Of a stretch of 64,000 bases of DNA, positions 40,674 to 49,728 are shown one piece after another. A program made the translations under genes and the position numbers. Source of the DNA: a virus (Duplodnaviria; Caudoviricetes); IMG/VR virus record IMGVR_UViG_3300042363_001351, positions 32,001 through 96,000 of that record; one strand, given 5' to 3'. Every line of letters begins with the position of its first letter. Position 1 is the first letter of the stretch. Below the pieces are notes generated by a model. It was not told the DNA's origin, did no database searches, and saw nothing but the letters and a program-made list of their open reading frames with translations.

Positions 40674-41042
40674 ATGAGTAAATTTCTTAAAATAGTAGGT
40701 GAAAATCTAGCGAGTATAGATAATCCTCAAGCAATCTTCTATCTTAAGCTTGTAGATGATAAAGGAAACGATATTGGCTATGAACCAATACAGTTAAGAG
40801 GCACTACTTACGCAGAAGATGTATTTTTAAAAATAAAAAATGCTATCAGTGAGGGTTCAGATATAAACTCTACTCCAGAAGAGGATAACGAAATTTATGC
40901 TGGTGCAGAGGCTTTAAGTGATATGGGTGATAGGGATACGACAGCAAGACTTAAAAGACTTAAAGATACTGCAAGAATAAAAAGACCTATAATTAATGCC
41001 ACAATTACAAAACTAGCAGACAGTTTATCGAAAGTACAATAA
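40674..41042 (+). CDS. Late hypothetical protein
   Basis: TAAATA 5 nt upstream; MSKFLKIVGE. Confidence 0.6.
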   Translation: MSKFLKIVGENLASIDNPQAIFYLKLVDDKGNDIGYEPIQLRGTTYAEDVFLKIKNAISEGSDINSTPEEDNEIYAGAEALSDMGDRDTTARLKRLKDTARIKRPIINATITKLADSLSKVQ

Positions 41043-41722
41043 TGTCCAAAACTCTAAAAATAATATCAAAGTACTATAAGGTGTTAGGAGAGCAAGCTCC
41101 TGATGAGCAGCTAGGAGGAGGTGAGGCTTCGCCAGTACCTGCTGAGGCGCAACAGACTGGCAGCCTACTAAGTGAAAACGAAAAGTATGTGATAAAAATA
41201 CTCACTAATGCTTTTATCTTTAATCCTAATTTATTCGATAAGTCAAAACAAAAATATATCTATAGTAAGATTGATCAAATAAAAGGAATGGTGAACGTAC
41301 CGGTCTCGAAAACAGTGGATGAGATTAAAAAAATTATAGCTATAGACAGAAGCTTGAGAGTTGAGTCTAAGACGCTTTCGCTATTAGATAGTTATATGAT
41401 TTTAATTGAGCAACCTGCTGACGCTACAGAACCGCAAGGTGGCTCTCAGCCAGCTCAAAAAAATATTGTTAATCAATCAACGGAGGGTGAGTTGAATGGT
41501 GAAGGTAATAATTTAAATTTAGCTGAAATTTTTCCACTCTATAAAGAATTAATACTCAAGGCTCTTAAGCACGCTCCCACTGAAGAAGAGTTAATGATAA
41601 TAAAGCCGGTCGTGAATGAATTTGCTGATTCTGACCCAGAAAAAATAGTAGAAGCTATTCAAAATATTCTAAGTCAATCTTTAGAAGATAAAGAAGTAGA
41701 AGACAACTTGAGCAATGCCTAA
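41042..41722 (+). CDS. Late hypothetical protein with an internal two-fold repeat
   Basis: SKTL.I...Y.VL.EQ occurs twice (N-terminus and ESKTLSLLDSYMILIEQ). Confidence 0.6.
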   Translation: MSKTLKIISKYYKVLGEQAPDEQLGGGEASPVPAEAQQTGSLLSENEKYVIKILTNAFIFNPNLFDKSKQKYIYSKIDQIKGMVNVPVSKTVDEIKKIIAIDRSLRVESKTLSLLDSYMILIEQPADATEPQGGSQPAQKNIVNQSTEGELNGEGNNLNLAEIFPLYKELILKALKHAPTEEELMIIKPVVNEFADSDPEKIVEAIQNILSQSLEDKEVEDNLSNA

Positions 41723-42971
41723 TTGGAATCTAGAAAAAATCTATTCAGAAAGGGTGAAGGATGTAGGCCACATCTCTCAACCTAGACATATTGTTACAGA
41801 GTTTACTTCTAAGAGCCAGGTTAAAAAAGCTATTGTAAATAATAACCCCTCATTAAAGGTAGGTACAGATAAAAAGGGAGCAATAAGATTGCAGCCTAAG
41901 GTTAAGGTTGATGATAAAGAGAAATTTACTCAGGATTTTCTTAATACTCTAGATGATATAAATCTTATAGTAGTAGATGTAATACCTCCAGGAGCTCCTG
42001 ATTCACCCTCTAGTGCTTTTAACTCCTATAAGGTAAAGGACTCTGCTAGTAATGAGTTTGTTATTACATTAGGTGGAGGTTCGTTCGGTAACGCCGGGAT
42101 GAATTATGAAAGAGAAATATTAAAGGCTGCTGAAGCTTATTTTAATAAGCCTGAGGAGGTAGAAAAACCTAAATTTATAGAAAAAATAGAAGACTATTTA
42201 AATGTAAAATTTACAGATTTAGATAAAGGTAAATCGTTTGAAAGAAAGGTTAAGAGACCTCTTACAGATGAGGGTCCGAGTGATAAGGGAGATGAGATAT
42301 CTGATATAACATTTATAGATGAAGATAAAAATAAGTATTACATCTCGATAAAAAACATAGGAGGTAAAACAGTTTCAAACGCTGGCGCTAAGGGCATGTT
42401 TAAGCTTTCTGGAGATGAAGTAGAGTTTACAAACCAAGAGCGTAATAAAATTGGAGGTAAACTATTAAGTGCAGCAAATGCTAACATAGATAAAATTATA
42501 CGCGGTCTTGAAGATTATATAAAGGAGACACCTTCGCAGCCCGATCAAGATAAAAATATAGATACTACAGACGAGTCAGATATTGAAGCATTGCAGAAAT
42601 TTTTAGGTTCTGCATTTGATTACGGGTATATTTACGTTAAGCAAAAAAACAAAAGAGATGATTTAGAAATAGCAGATCTCACCACAAAAGAAGATCTTTA
42701 CGATTTTGTTGGTGATATTAAAAAAGTAGAAGTAAAATACCCTTATTATCTTAATTCAATTAGATCGCGAAAACACGCATCTATTATTTTGACTACTGAC
42801 AAAGGTGTCTATAGTTTTGATATTAGAAATGCAGCTGGAGATGTTATACCTAATCAAATTAACCTTGTGAGAGGTGGTAGTAATAAAGATATTAAGCTTA
42901 ATAAAGCTAATATATCTAAGATTGGTACGGGTAACTCAGAAATAGAAAATATATTATCACAATATGATTAA
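41715..42971 (+). CDS. Putative PD-(D/E)xK restriction-endonuclease-like protein
   Basis: GNAGMNYE...ISDITF..YYISIK arrangement of putative catalytic residues. Confidence 0.45.
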   Translation: MPNWNLEKIYSERVKDVGHISQPRHIVTEFTSKSQVKKAIVNNNPSLKVGTDKKGAIRLQPKVKVDDKEKFTQDFLNTLDDINLIVVDVIPPGAPDSPSSAFNSYKVKDSASNEFVITLGGGSFGNAGMNYEREILKAAEAYFNKPEEVEKPKFIEKIEDYLNVKFTDLDKGKSFERKVKRPLTDEGPSDKGDEISDITFIDEDKNKYYISIKNIGGKTVSNAGAKGMFKLSGDEVEFTNQERNKIGGKLLSAANANIDKIIRGLEDYIKETPSQPDQDKNIDTTDESDIEALQKFLGSAFDYGYIYVKQKNKRDDLEIADLTTKEDLYDFVGDIKKVEVKYPYYLNSIRSRKHASIILTTDKGVYSFDIRNAAGDVIPNQINLVRGGSNKDIKLNKANISKIGTGNSEIENILSQYD

Positions 42972-44658
42972 TTTTAGACAGTATTTCAATTTATTAATTG
43001 AGGGGGGTAATGTTTTTAAACAAAACCCAACTCAACGTATAAACCTAACCGATATTAAACCTACTATTGACTTTCTGTCTAATATAGTGGGTTCTGATTT
43101 GATGAAAAATCTTTTAGGTAGTACTGGTAAGAGAGAGACGTCAGGTGATTTAGATATAGCCATAAACGAAACTAAAATGTCAAAAGTAAAGCTATACGAC
43201 GTTCTTGCTAGCTGGTGTATGGAGAGAAATTTAAATCCTAAGGATTATATTGCTAGATCTGGTATAAGTGTGCATTTTAGAACGCCAATATATAATAAAG
43301 ATGGTGAATACGTACAAACAGATTTTATGTTTGTACCAGATATAAACTTTGCAAAGTTTGCTCTATCTAATGATGAGCCTTTCCCATTGAAGGGAGCTTA
43401 CAGAAGTATTGTGATGGCTAACTTAGCTAAAAATTTAAACTTAAGATGGAGTGGTCTAAATGGAATTACAGATAGACAGACAGGCAACACTATAGAAAAT
43501 AAAGACACTGATAGAGTGGCTCAAATTCTATTAGGAGATTCTAATGCTCGTACTAGAAATTTATTCAATATAAATTCTATAATAAAGTTTTTGCTTAAAA
43601 AGTATAAAGATATTAACATAGTTATGTCTCTCCTAGATGAAGCTAGACAAACAATAAAAAGAGACGGAGTTGATATATTTAGCGAAAGTGGTGTCATTAA
43701 AGAAAGTACTAATATAACCGGACAAAGAGTAGGAGTACAGCATTTATATTCTGAATACAAGCCAGAACAGTATTCAATGGATTTTGAAAATTTTACAAAA
43801 CTTCTCGATGCATTAGAGGAAACTAACGGTATTATTCAACCAGGCAACTCTAGTATAACGGAGAAAGCTGATGGATTATCGGTTAAGTTTGGCGTAACAC
43901 CTAAAGATAAGTTCTTTTTACAGGGAAGTTATTCCGGTCCGGTTACAGATGGCAGCTTTGAAAATAAGATAAGACACGAGCCAACAAAGAGAGCGTTCGA
44001 AGATAATTTTAGTAAAATTAAAAAACTTGTCTTTAAAACACTCTTACGTTACAAGAAGGATTTAAAGCTAGACGGACTTAGAGTCCAGGCAGAATGGCTA
44101 TACTCGCCTTTTGCATTAACACGTGAAGATGCGCCGGGTATTGTCTATTTTGTAGCTACCAACTATCAAAAGGATAAACTAGGAGTTTGGTCTACCTTTC
44201 CTCTTATTAATGTAACTGATTATAATGGGCGCGAGCTATCAGCAGAGTTAATTCAAGATATTACAAAGAGCTTGGTTGATTTATCTAATGATAATGTAAA
44301 GTTTATACCTCTTGATATTGACGTCTTCGATCCAATAAATCTTAAGTATGAGACCGACAGCGCAATTCAAGAAATAAAAACTTTTGAATCTCAAAATCCA
44401 AACTACGAAGAAGTACTTTTTAATACTTCAAGGAAGCGTGACGATCAATTGGCTAAGAAGGCCATGAGATCTCATTTAGTAAAAATACTTTTACCATATC
44501 AACGTAGAATGCATACAAAAATACTTCGCAAGCTAGGAAAGCTAGCTGGTAAACTAGGAGACTATGAAGGACTTGTAGTAAAAATATTACAACCGGATGA
44601 AGTTTTTACCTTTAAGGTAATATCACCAACATTTCACAAAAACAAAGGACGTATATGA
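42964..44658 (+). CDS. Fusion of a Pol-beta-type nucleotidyltransferase and a ligase-like (KxDG) domain
   Basis: LLGSTGK..SGDLDIAI..VQTDFM in the N-half; TEKADG..QAEWLY..YEGLVVK..FKV in the C-half. Confidence 0.6.
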   Translation: MINFRQYFNLLIEGGNVFKQNPTQRINLTDIKPTIDFLSNIVGSDLMKNLLGSTGKRETSGDLDIAINETKMSKVKLYDVLASWCMERNLNPKDYIARSGISVHFRTPIYNKDGEYVQTDFMFVPDINFAKFALSNDEPFPLKGAYRSIVMANLAKNLNLRWSGLNGITDRQTGNTIENKDTDRVAQILLGDSNARTRNLFNINSIIKFLLKKYKDINIVMSLLDEARQTIKRDGVDIFSESGVIKESTNITGQRVGVQHLYSEYKPEQYSMDFENFTKLLDALEETNGIIQPGNSSITEKADGLSVKFGVTPKDKFFLQGSYSGPVTDGSFENKIRHEPTKRAFEDNFSKIKKLVFKTLLRYKKDLKLDGLRVQAEWLYSPFALTREDAPGIVYFVATNYQKDKLGVWSTFPLINVTDYNGRELSAELIQDITKSLVDLSNDNVKFIPLDIDVFDPINLKYETDSAIQEIKTFESQNPNYEEVLFNTSRKRDDQLAKKAMRSHLVKILLPYQRRMHTKILRKLGKLAGKLGDYEGLVVKILQPDEVFTFKVISPTFHKNKGRI

Positions 44659-45188
44659 TAAGCTTTAAATTATTCTTCGAACAAAATAAAGAGACTGTGG
44701 CTATTTTCCCTGGAGGATTTAAACCACCTACAAGAGGTCACTTTGAAGCATTAGAGCAGTTATTAAAAATATCTAACAAAGGTGTAATTTTTATTGGTAA
44801 AAGTCCTCGTGATGGTATAGACCAAGAAATGGCGTATCAAATTTGGAGCATATACGCTCCATACTTAACCAAACCAGTAGAAATATATAAGAGCCCGGTT
44901 ACTCCTTTAAATTCTACGTATGACTACGCTTTAAATAATCAAAATTTAAATATAATAGTTGGTGCAGGTCCTGAAGATAGTAGTAGATATAACTCCTTCC
45001 GCAAAAATCCTGAAAAATATCCAAATGTACAAATATTAGATATACCTTTAAGTGGTGAGGGAGTTAGAGGTACACAGACAAGAGAAAAAATTATGAGCAA
45101 AGATCCAGCCTCTTTAGATTTTTTTATTCCGGAAATTATAAATCAAACAGATAGAGAAAGAATTAAGAAGATACTAGGTATAGCATAA
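44655..45188 (+). CDS. HIGH-family cytidylyl/adenylyltransferase-like protein
   Basis: FPGGFKPPTRGH..VRGTQTRE. Confidence 0.75.
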   Translation: MISFKLFFEQNKETVAIFPGGFKPPTRGHFEALEQLLKISNKGVIFIGKSPRDGIDQEMAYQIWSIYAPYLTKPVEIYKSPVTPLNSTYDYALNNQNLNIIVGAGPEDSSRYNSFRKNPEKYPNVQILDIPLSGEGVRGTQTREKIMSKDPASLDFFIPEIINQTDRERIKKILGIA

Positions 45189-45196
45189 ATAATAAT

Positions 45197-45682
45197 ATGT
45201 CAAAAAGAGAAGATTTTAAAATGTTAGCAGAGGCTTATGGTAGTGTAGGTGGGTTACCTCTTACACCTTCAAACATGCTCGGTGGTAAGCCTGTAATGAT
45301 AACAATGGATTTACCTGGAGCAGAAGTAGATCATGAAAGTCATGAATCGCATGAAGAGGAACATGTGGAGCGTGAGGGTGAGAGTGATCCGAGTGAGATA
45401 GAAATGGCGTCAGCAGAACTTCATAAACTTGCAGAATATGCTCCCAAGTTAAAAGAAATGGTACAACAAATGTCTGGTCTTGAGGGGTGGATTGCTTCTA
45501 AAATTACTAAAGCATCTGATTATATATCCTCCGTATATCACTGGTTAGAGTTTCAACAGCACGAAGGCGGTGAGAGCTGCAGTCATGAAGAAGAAGACAT
45601 GTATAATAAAGGTCATGGAGACGCAGAATGTCCTTACGCAAAAGAGGGCTGTACTTGTGGAGGATGTCCAGATTGTAACTAA
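45197..45682 (+). CDS. Late acidic His/Cys-rich protein
   Basis: TAAATA upstream; LEGWIASKITKASDYISSVYHWLE; C-terminal CPYAKEGCTCGGCPDCN. Confidence 0.6.
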   Translation: MSKREDFKMLAEAYGSVGGLPLTPSNMLGGKPVMITMDLPGAEVDHESHESHEEEHVEREGESDPSEIEMASAELHKLAEYAPKLKEMVQQMSGLEGWIASKITKASDYISSVYHWLEFQQHEGGESCSHEEEDMYNKGHGDAECPYAKEGCTCGGCPDCN

Positions 45683-46122
45683 TGAAAAGCTTTAAGAAAT
45701 TTTTCGAGGCTACAGTTATAGGTCTAATTGAAAAAATAGAACTAGCTGGAATCGGTTCTCTTGAAGCTAAAATAGATTCCGGTAATGGAGCCTATAACGT
45801 TTTACACGGAGAGAATATTACAAAGCAGGGTAATAAGGTTACCTTTACAACTATAGGTGGTAAGAGAATCATAAAAGACGTTCACGATACTATTAATATT
45901 AATGTAGGAGCTGGTCACGTTGAAGAAAGGCCTGTTGTTTCATTTAGAATGAAGTTTGCAGGAACAGAGTTTGATAATATTCCGTTTAGTATCGGAGATA
46001 GATCACAGAACGAGTATAAAGTCCTTATAGGTAAAGATTTTATTAAGCAGCTCGATGCGCTAATTGATGTAAATTCGAATCACATTGCTGATGATAAGAT
46101 TGAGGTTGACTATACCAATTAG
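45682..46122 (+). CDS. Retropepsin-like protease (RimK-associated 'ATP-dependent Zn protease' family)
   Basis: IGLIE..EAKIDSG..LH..EERPVV..FSIGDRS..Y.VLIGKDF. Confidence 0.8.
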   Translation: MKSFKKFFEATVIGLIEKIELAGIGSLEAKIDSGNGAYNVLHGENITKQGNKVTFTTIGGKRIIKDVHDTININVGAGHVEERPVVSFRMKFAGTEFDNIPFSIGDRSQNEYKVLIGKDFIKQLDALIDVNSNHIADDKIEVDYTN

Positions 46123-46642
46123 GAGGTTCTCTTTTTGTCCATAGAGCAAAATCTTTATCATATAAAATATAATTTCTATATTGATCAACAGCTGTGAGAT
46201 CATCGAAATTAGGAATTACTTTACGACAGATACAATCTGCACCAATCGCAATAGCATAAGGAGTTGGAGCAGTTTTTACAATAGTTGTATTGTGTAAATT
46301 TCTACTACACCATACAATGAATTCCTTTGTGAAATGCTCTACTGAGCTAGGCCACCTAAACATTCTTTCTTCAAATTGCTCTAGAGTGTGGTTTACTAAC
46401 CACATAAAGTTATCTTTTGATTCTCGAGCCCAGATGGAACATTGATGCTTCGCATAACCTTTACCGGATTTGCGCGGTTTACCAGTTTTAGTTCTAGGTG
46501 TAGATGGATGATTTAAGATCTCTTGCGGAAAAGCATGAGCTAACATAATAGCTCCCTCAATTTGCATTTTAGATCTAACGTGTTTATCACAAAGATCCCG
46601 TGCTGCTAACACGGGATCTTCATTAGTAATAAAAATATTCAT
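46043..46642 (-). CDS. Pyrimidine-dimer DNA glycosylase (DenV-like family)
   Basis: MNIF..DPVLAARDLCDKHV.KM.IE.A.ML..H.CSIWARES..N..W. Confidence 0.8.
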   Translation of the reverse strand: MNIFITNEDPVLAARDLCDKHVRSKMQIEGAIMLAHAFPQEILNHPSTPRTKTGKPRKSGKGYAKHQCSIWARESKDNFMWLVNHTLEQFEERMFRWPSSVEHFTKEFIVWCSRNLHNTTIVKTAPTPYAIAIGADCICRKVIPNFDDLTAVDQYRNYILYDKDFALWTKREPPNWYSQPQSYHQQCDSNLHQLAHRAA

Positions 46643-46662
46643 ACCGTAGTATGACTAAGTTC

Positions 46663-47331
46663 CTATTTAGAGGCCATATCAATAAACTTATAAAACTCAG
46701 TTCGAGTCTTTTCATCCTCCATAAAATCACCTGTAAGTTTAGAAGTAATCATATAACAACCTTCATGCTTAACACCGCGATGACATGCGCAAGTATGTTG
46801 AGCTTTAATAACCACAGCAATACCGCGATTTTTTTCACATACCTGATCAATAGCTTCAGCAATTTGCTTAGTAAGACCTTCCTGAATTTGAGGTCTACGA
46901 GCGTAAAATTCTACAATACGATTGAGCTTGCTGAGACCTATCACCTTACCATCGAGAGAGGGAATATAAGCAACATGCGCAACTCCTGTGAAGGCAAGGT
47001 GATGGTGAGAACAGAGCGATTTAACAGGAATATTACACTGAGCAATTACACCATCATAACCGTCAGTAGGAAAAGCGGTTACCGACGGTGGGCTATTATA
47101 ACATCCTGAAGCAATGTCATTTACAAAAGCCTTTGCCACACGCATAGGAGTATTAGAGGAATTAGGATCGTTTCTCCAATCAAAGCCAAGCGCGTCTAGA
47201 TACTTTTCATAAGCCTTAGCAGCTCTTTTTATAATAGATTGCTTTTCTCTATCTGTACGCGGAGCATTTCCATTAGCGTTAGGAAGCTTAACTTCTTCTC
47301 CTGTTACATCATGTTCATCTAATTCATCCAT
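46663..47331 (-). CDS. folE: GTP cyclohydrolase I; start probably ATG 47331
   Basis: [39 protein letters not shown]. Confidence 0.95.
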   Translation of the reverse strand: MDELDEHDVTGEEVKLPNANGNAPRTDREKQSIIKRAAKAYEKYLDALGFDWRNDPNSSNTPMRVAKAFVNDIASGCYNSPPSVTAFPTDGYDGVIAQCNIPVKSLCSHHHLAFTGVAHVAYIPSLDGKVIGLSKLNRIVEFYARRPQIQEGLTKQIAEAIDQVCEKNRGIAVVIKAQHTCACHRGVKHEGCYMITSKLTGDFMEDEKTRTEFYKFIDMASK

Positions 47332-47337
47332 AAGAAA

Positions 47338-47375
47338 ATTATAATATAAGGATAAAGCTAAATCAACCATAAATA
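47338..47375. promoter_or_regulatory. Back-to-back sigma70-like folE promoter (-) and late promoter (+)
   Basis: Minus strand: TTGATT(47366-61)-N17-TATAAT(47343-38) just before ATG 47331. Plus strand: TAAATA 47370-75. Confidence 0.8.
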
Positions 47376-47382
47376 TATACAT

Positions 47383-48279
47383 ATGAGTAAAATAACTCAA
47401 AAAGAATTACTTCAGGAGGGGTTTTTAGATACTATTAGACAAGCAGCTGGTAAGATTACAAAACCGCTTGCGAGAGTAACTGCAGGAGCCTTAGGTGGTG
47501 TTGGTAAGGCTGCTTTGCAGGTAGGTAAAGACATAGTGACAGGTAATACTGGAGCAACTTTATCAAATGTAGCGAGACAAGGCGTAAGCGGTGCAGTAAA
47601 TGCATATAAATCAGAACGCGATAAGCAGATTATTGCTTCACCGGAGAGATTTGTAGAAAATGAATTAAAGACAAAGTGGAATAATACCTTCAATCCCAAC
47701 TCAATAAAAATTACATCTTCTCAAAAAGAAGAAATAGGTAGAACAAGCGTTGCTAGACATTCGGAAGAAACACCAAGGACGTTTGTATATTTTGAGGCTT
47801 CAAAATACAATAAAACCACTGGAAATTCAACACAGCAAATCGGAGGAGTAACTCAATTAAAGGGCGTTGCAACGGTAATTAAGGGTAGTGATGGTAAGTT
47901 TAATATAATTGAAATTAAGGATGAAGATGGTAATACTATAAATCAAGGTGCACAACAAACTATACCTAATTTAAATGATTTAATGAATAAGTTAAACTTT
48001 AACATTAATAACTCAACCGCCGGTAAATGGGCTGTAGCTCTAAAGAGATCTTTCCGAAATGCATTGCCAGATCCTAGAAAAGATATAGATAAACTAATAC
48101 CCGCAGCAGTAAATAATGATAATTATGTACTTACATCAGCTGATGTTACCATCTTACGTCAATACCTTAAAGATGAAATGTTAATCTCTGAAAAAAATAC
48201 TCAAAAAGATTTACTAGTACAGTTGAAATTGCTAAATGACTCATATAAAAGTATTAATAATATTTTCTATATCAAGTAG
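47383..48279 (+). CDS. Late protein, candidate internal/ejection protein
   Basis: TAAATA upstream; [12 protein letters not shown] followed by a Gly/Ala amphipathic segment. Confidence 0.55.
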   Translation: MSKITQKELLQEGFLDTIRQAAGKITKPLARVTAGALGGVGKAALQVGKDIVTGNTGATLSNVARQGVSGAVNAYKSERDKQIIASPERFVENELKTKWNNTFNPNSIKITSSQKEEIGRTSVARHSEETPRTFVYFEASKYNKTTGNSTQQIGGVTQLKGVATVIKGSDGKFNIIEIKDEDGNTINQGAQQTIPNLNDLMNKLNFNINNSTAGKWAVALKRSFRNALPDPRKDIDKLIPAAVNNDNYVLTSADVTILRQYLKDEMLISEKNTQKDLLVQLKLLNDSYKSINNIFYIK

Positions 48280-49035
48280 AGATAGTACTTTGCAGTAGTT
48301 ACCATGTTTTTCAGTTAAAAGTTTAATTTTATCTTCACTAGATATAATAACTATTTGTTTGTCAGGATAAGATCGATGAAGTAGTGATATCTTAACATCA
48401 AAATCTTGCTGCCATTTAGGGTAAGCATACCCCGTAACCTCTACTAGCTTATCATTTATAACAAAATCAACAATCTTTACCTTATTATTTAGCAGCTTAA
48501 AGTGATGCTCGTAAGTGTAATTTACATTATTATCTTCCAAAATTTCGCTAAATTTTACTTCATACGAACTTCTAAATTTTTTGCCATTTTTATTTAAGAG
48601 TGTGCAGCCAATATATTTATCTCTTGTAAAGTTAGGATTAAGGCTACCCTTTCTAAAGCCACAGGCCGGGTTAGAAGTGCCGTAAATTTCTAAATAGGTT
48701 AAACCTTTTGTTTTCTTAGGTTTACCTTTAATGCTTTGTGATCGTACTATTGACGATTTAATAGATCTTGTCTTTTTCTCCCGTTCAATTAGTTCCTGTG
48801 GTAGGTTATTTATAATATAATTTTTAATTGTCGAACTGCTTATATTTAGCTTTTCACGAATTTCATGGCAATCCAAACCCTCTCTTATTAAGTTAGTTAT
48901 TAAATTTAGAACTTTAACCTCACCTCCATTGCTTATTATCCAGGAAGATACTCTTTTACCATCAATTACATAATACGAAGCATAGTTTTTACCCTTTTTG
49001 GTAATTAAACCAGATCTCATTGAAGTTTTATTCAT
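48241..49035 (-). CDS. Putative free-standing homing endonuclease (HTH plus PD-(D/E)xK domain)
   Basis: HTH-like EIREKLNISSSTIKNY; KGSLNPNF; FRSSYE..YTYE..VDF..LVEVTG; TAAATA upstream. Confidence 0.6.
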   Translation of the reverse strand: MNKTSMRSGLITKKGKNYASYYVIDGKRVSSWIISNGGEVKVLNLITNLIREGLDCHEIREKLNISSSTIKNYIINNLPQELIEREKKTRSIKSSIVRSQSIKGKPKKTKGLTYLEIYGTSNPACGFRKGSLNPNFTRDKYIGCTLLNKNGKKFRSSYEVKFSEILEDNNVNYTYEHHFKLLNNKVKIVDFVINDKLVEVTGYAYPKWQQDFDVKISLLHRSYPDKQIVIISSEDKIKLLTEKHGNYCKVLSLLDIENIINTFI

Positions 49036-49092
49036 GATGAATATTTATTCAATGATGTTGATTTTATAAAGTTTCACATTATATATAAAAAT

Positions 49093-49728
49093 ATGAATTA
49101 TAAATCCACAAAAGTACTTAATCTTGGATCTTGTGCATTTAGGCAGCCAAATGCCGCCTTTAACAGACAGGATGCCGGTAACAACTCACAAAGGTGTAGT
49201 AAGTTGCACGGTTATCGTTTAAAAGCTAAGTTTTGGTTTGGATGCACGCACCTAGATGATAAAAATTGGGTTCAAGATTTTGGTGGATTCAGACCAATTA
49301 AAGAACTTTTCGCATATCAGTTCGATCACACTACATGCTTATCATACGACGATCCACTATTACCTCTGTTTGAAGAACTTGACAAACAAGGTGGCCTTGA
49401 TCTTAGAATTATGCCAGAGGGAACTGGTATAGAAAAAATTGCTAAATTCTGCTGTGAAAAAATGCAAGAATTTGTTAATAACCAGAGTAATGGTAGGGTG
49501 TGGGTAGATAAGGTAGAGGTTTTTGAACATGAGGAAAACTCTGCAATCTTTACCCCTCTGTATGACGTGCTTTGCTCTCCGCAAGAACCTAAACAAGATG
49601 AAGTTGCATCATTAGCCTCTGAACCAATTACTGAAACAGCACCGGCTATTAATACTAATGCCGCACCTGTAGGTAATCATGTATCTCAAGGTATGGGCAA
49701 TCCGTTTGCTGGTACTAGCTGGGGCTGA
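49093..49728 (+). CDS. queD: 6-carboxy-5,6,7,8-tetrahydropterin synthase QueD
   Basis: CSKLHGY, DFGG, FDHT, G.E..A, V.V.EHEENSA. Confidence 0.9.
   Translation: MNYKSTKVLNLGSCAFRQPNAAFNRQDAGNNSQRCSKLHGYRLKAKFWFGCTHLDDKNWVQDFGGFRPIKELFAYQFDHTTCLSYDDPLLPLFEELDKQGGLDLRIMPEGTGIEKIAKFCCEKMQEFVNNQSNGRVWVDKVEVFEHEENSAIFTPLYDVLCSPQEPKQDEVASLASEPITETAPAINTNAAPVGNHVSQGMGNPFAGTSWG

Noticed and set aside
46043-46122. Functional meaning of the 80-bp convergent overlap between the protease and DenV-like genes (and the 19114-19193 overlap)
   Set aside because: The extensions look like unstructured run-on tails after stop-codon drift, with no evidence of function.
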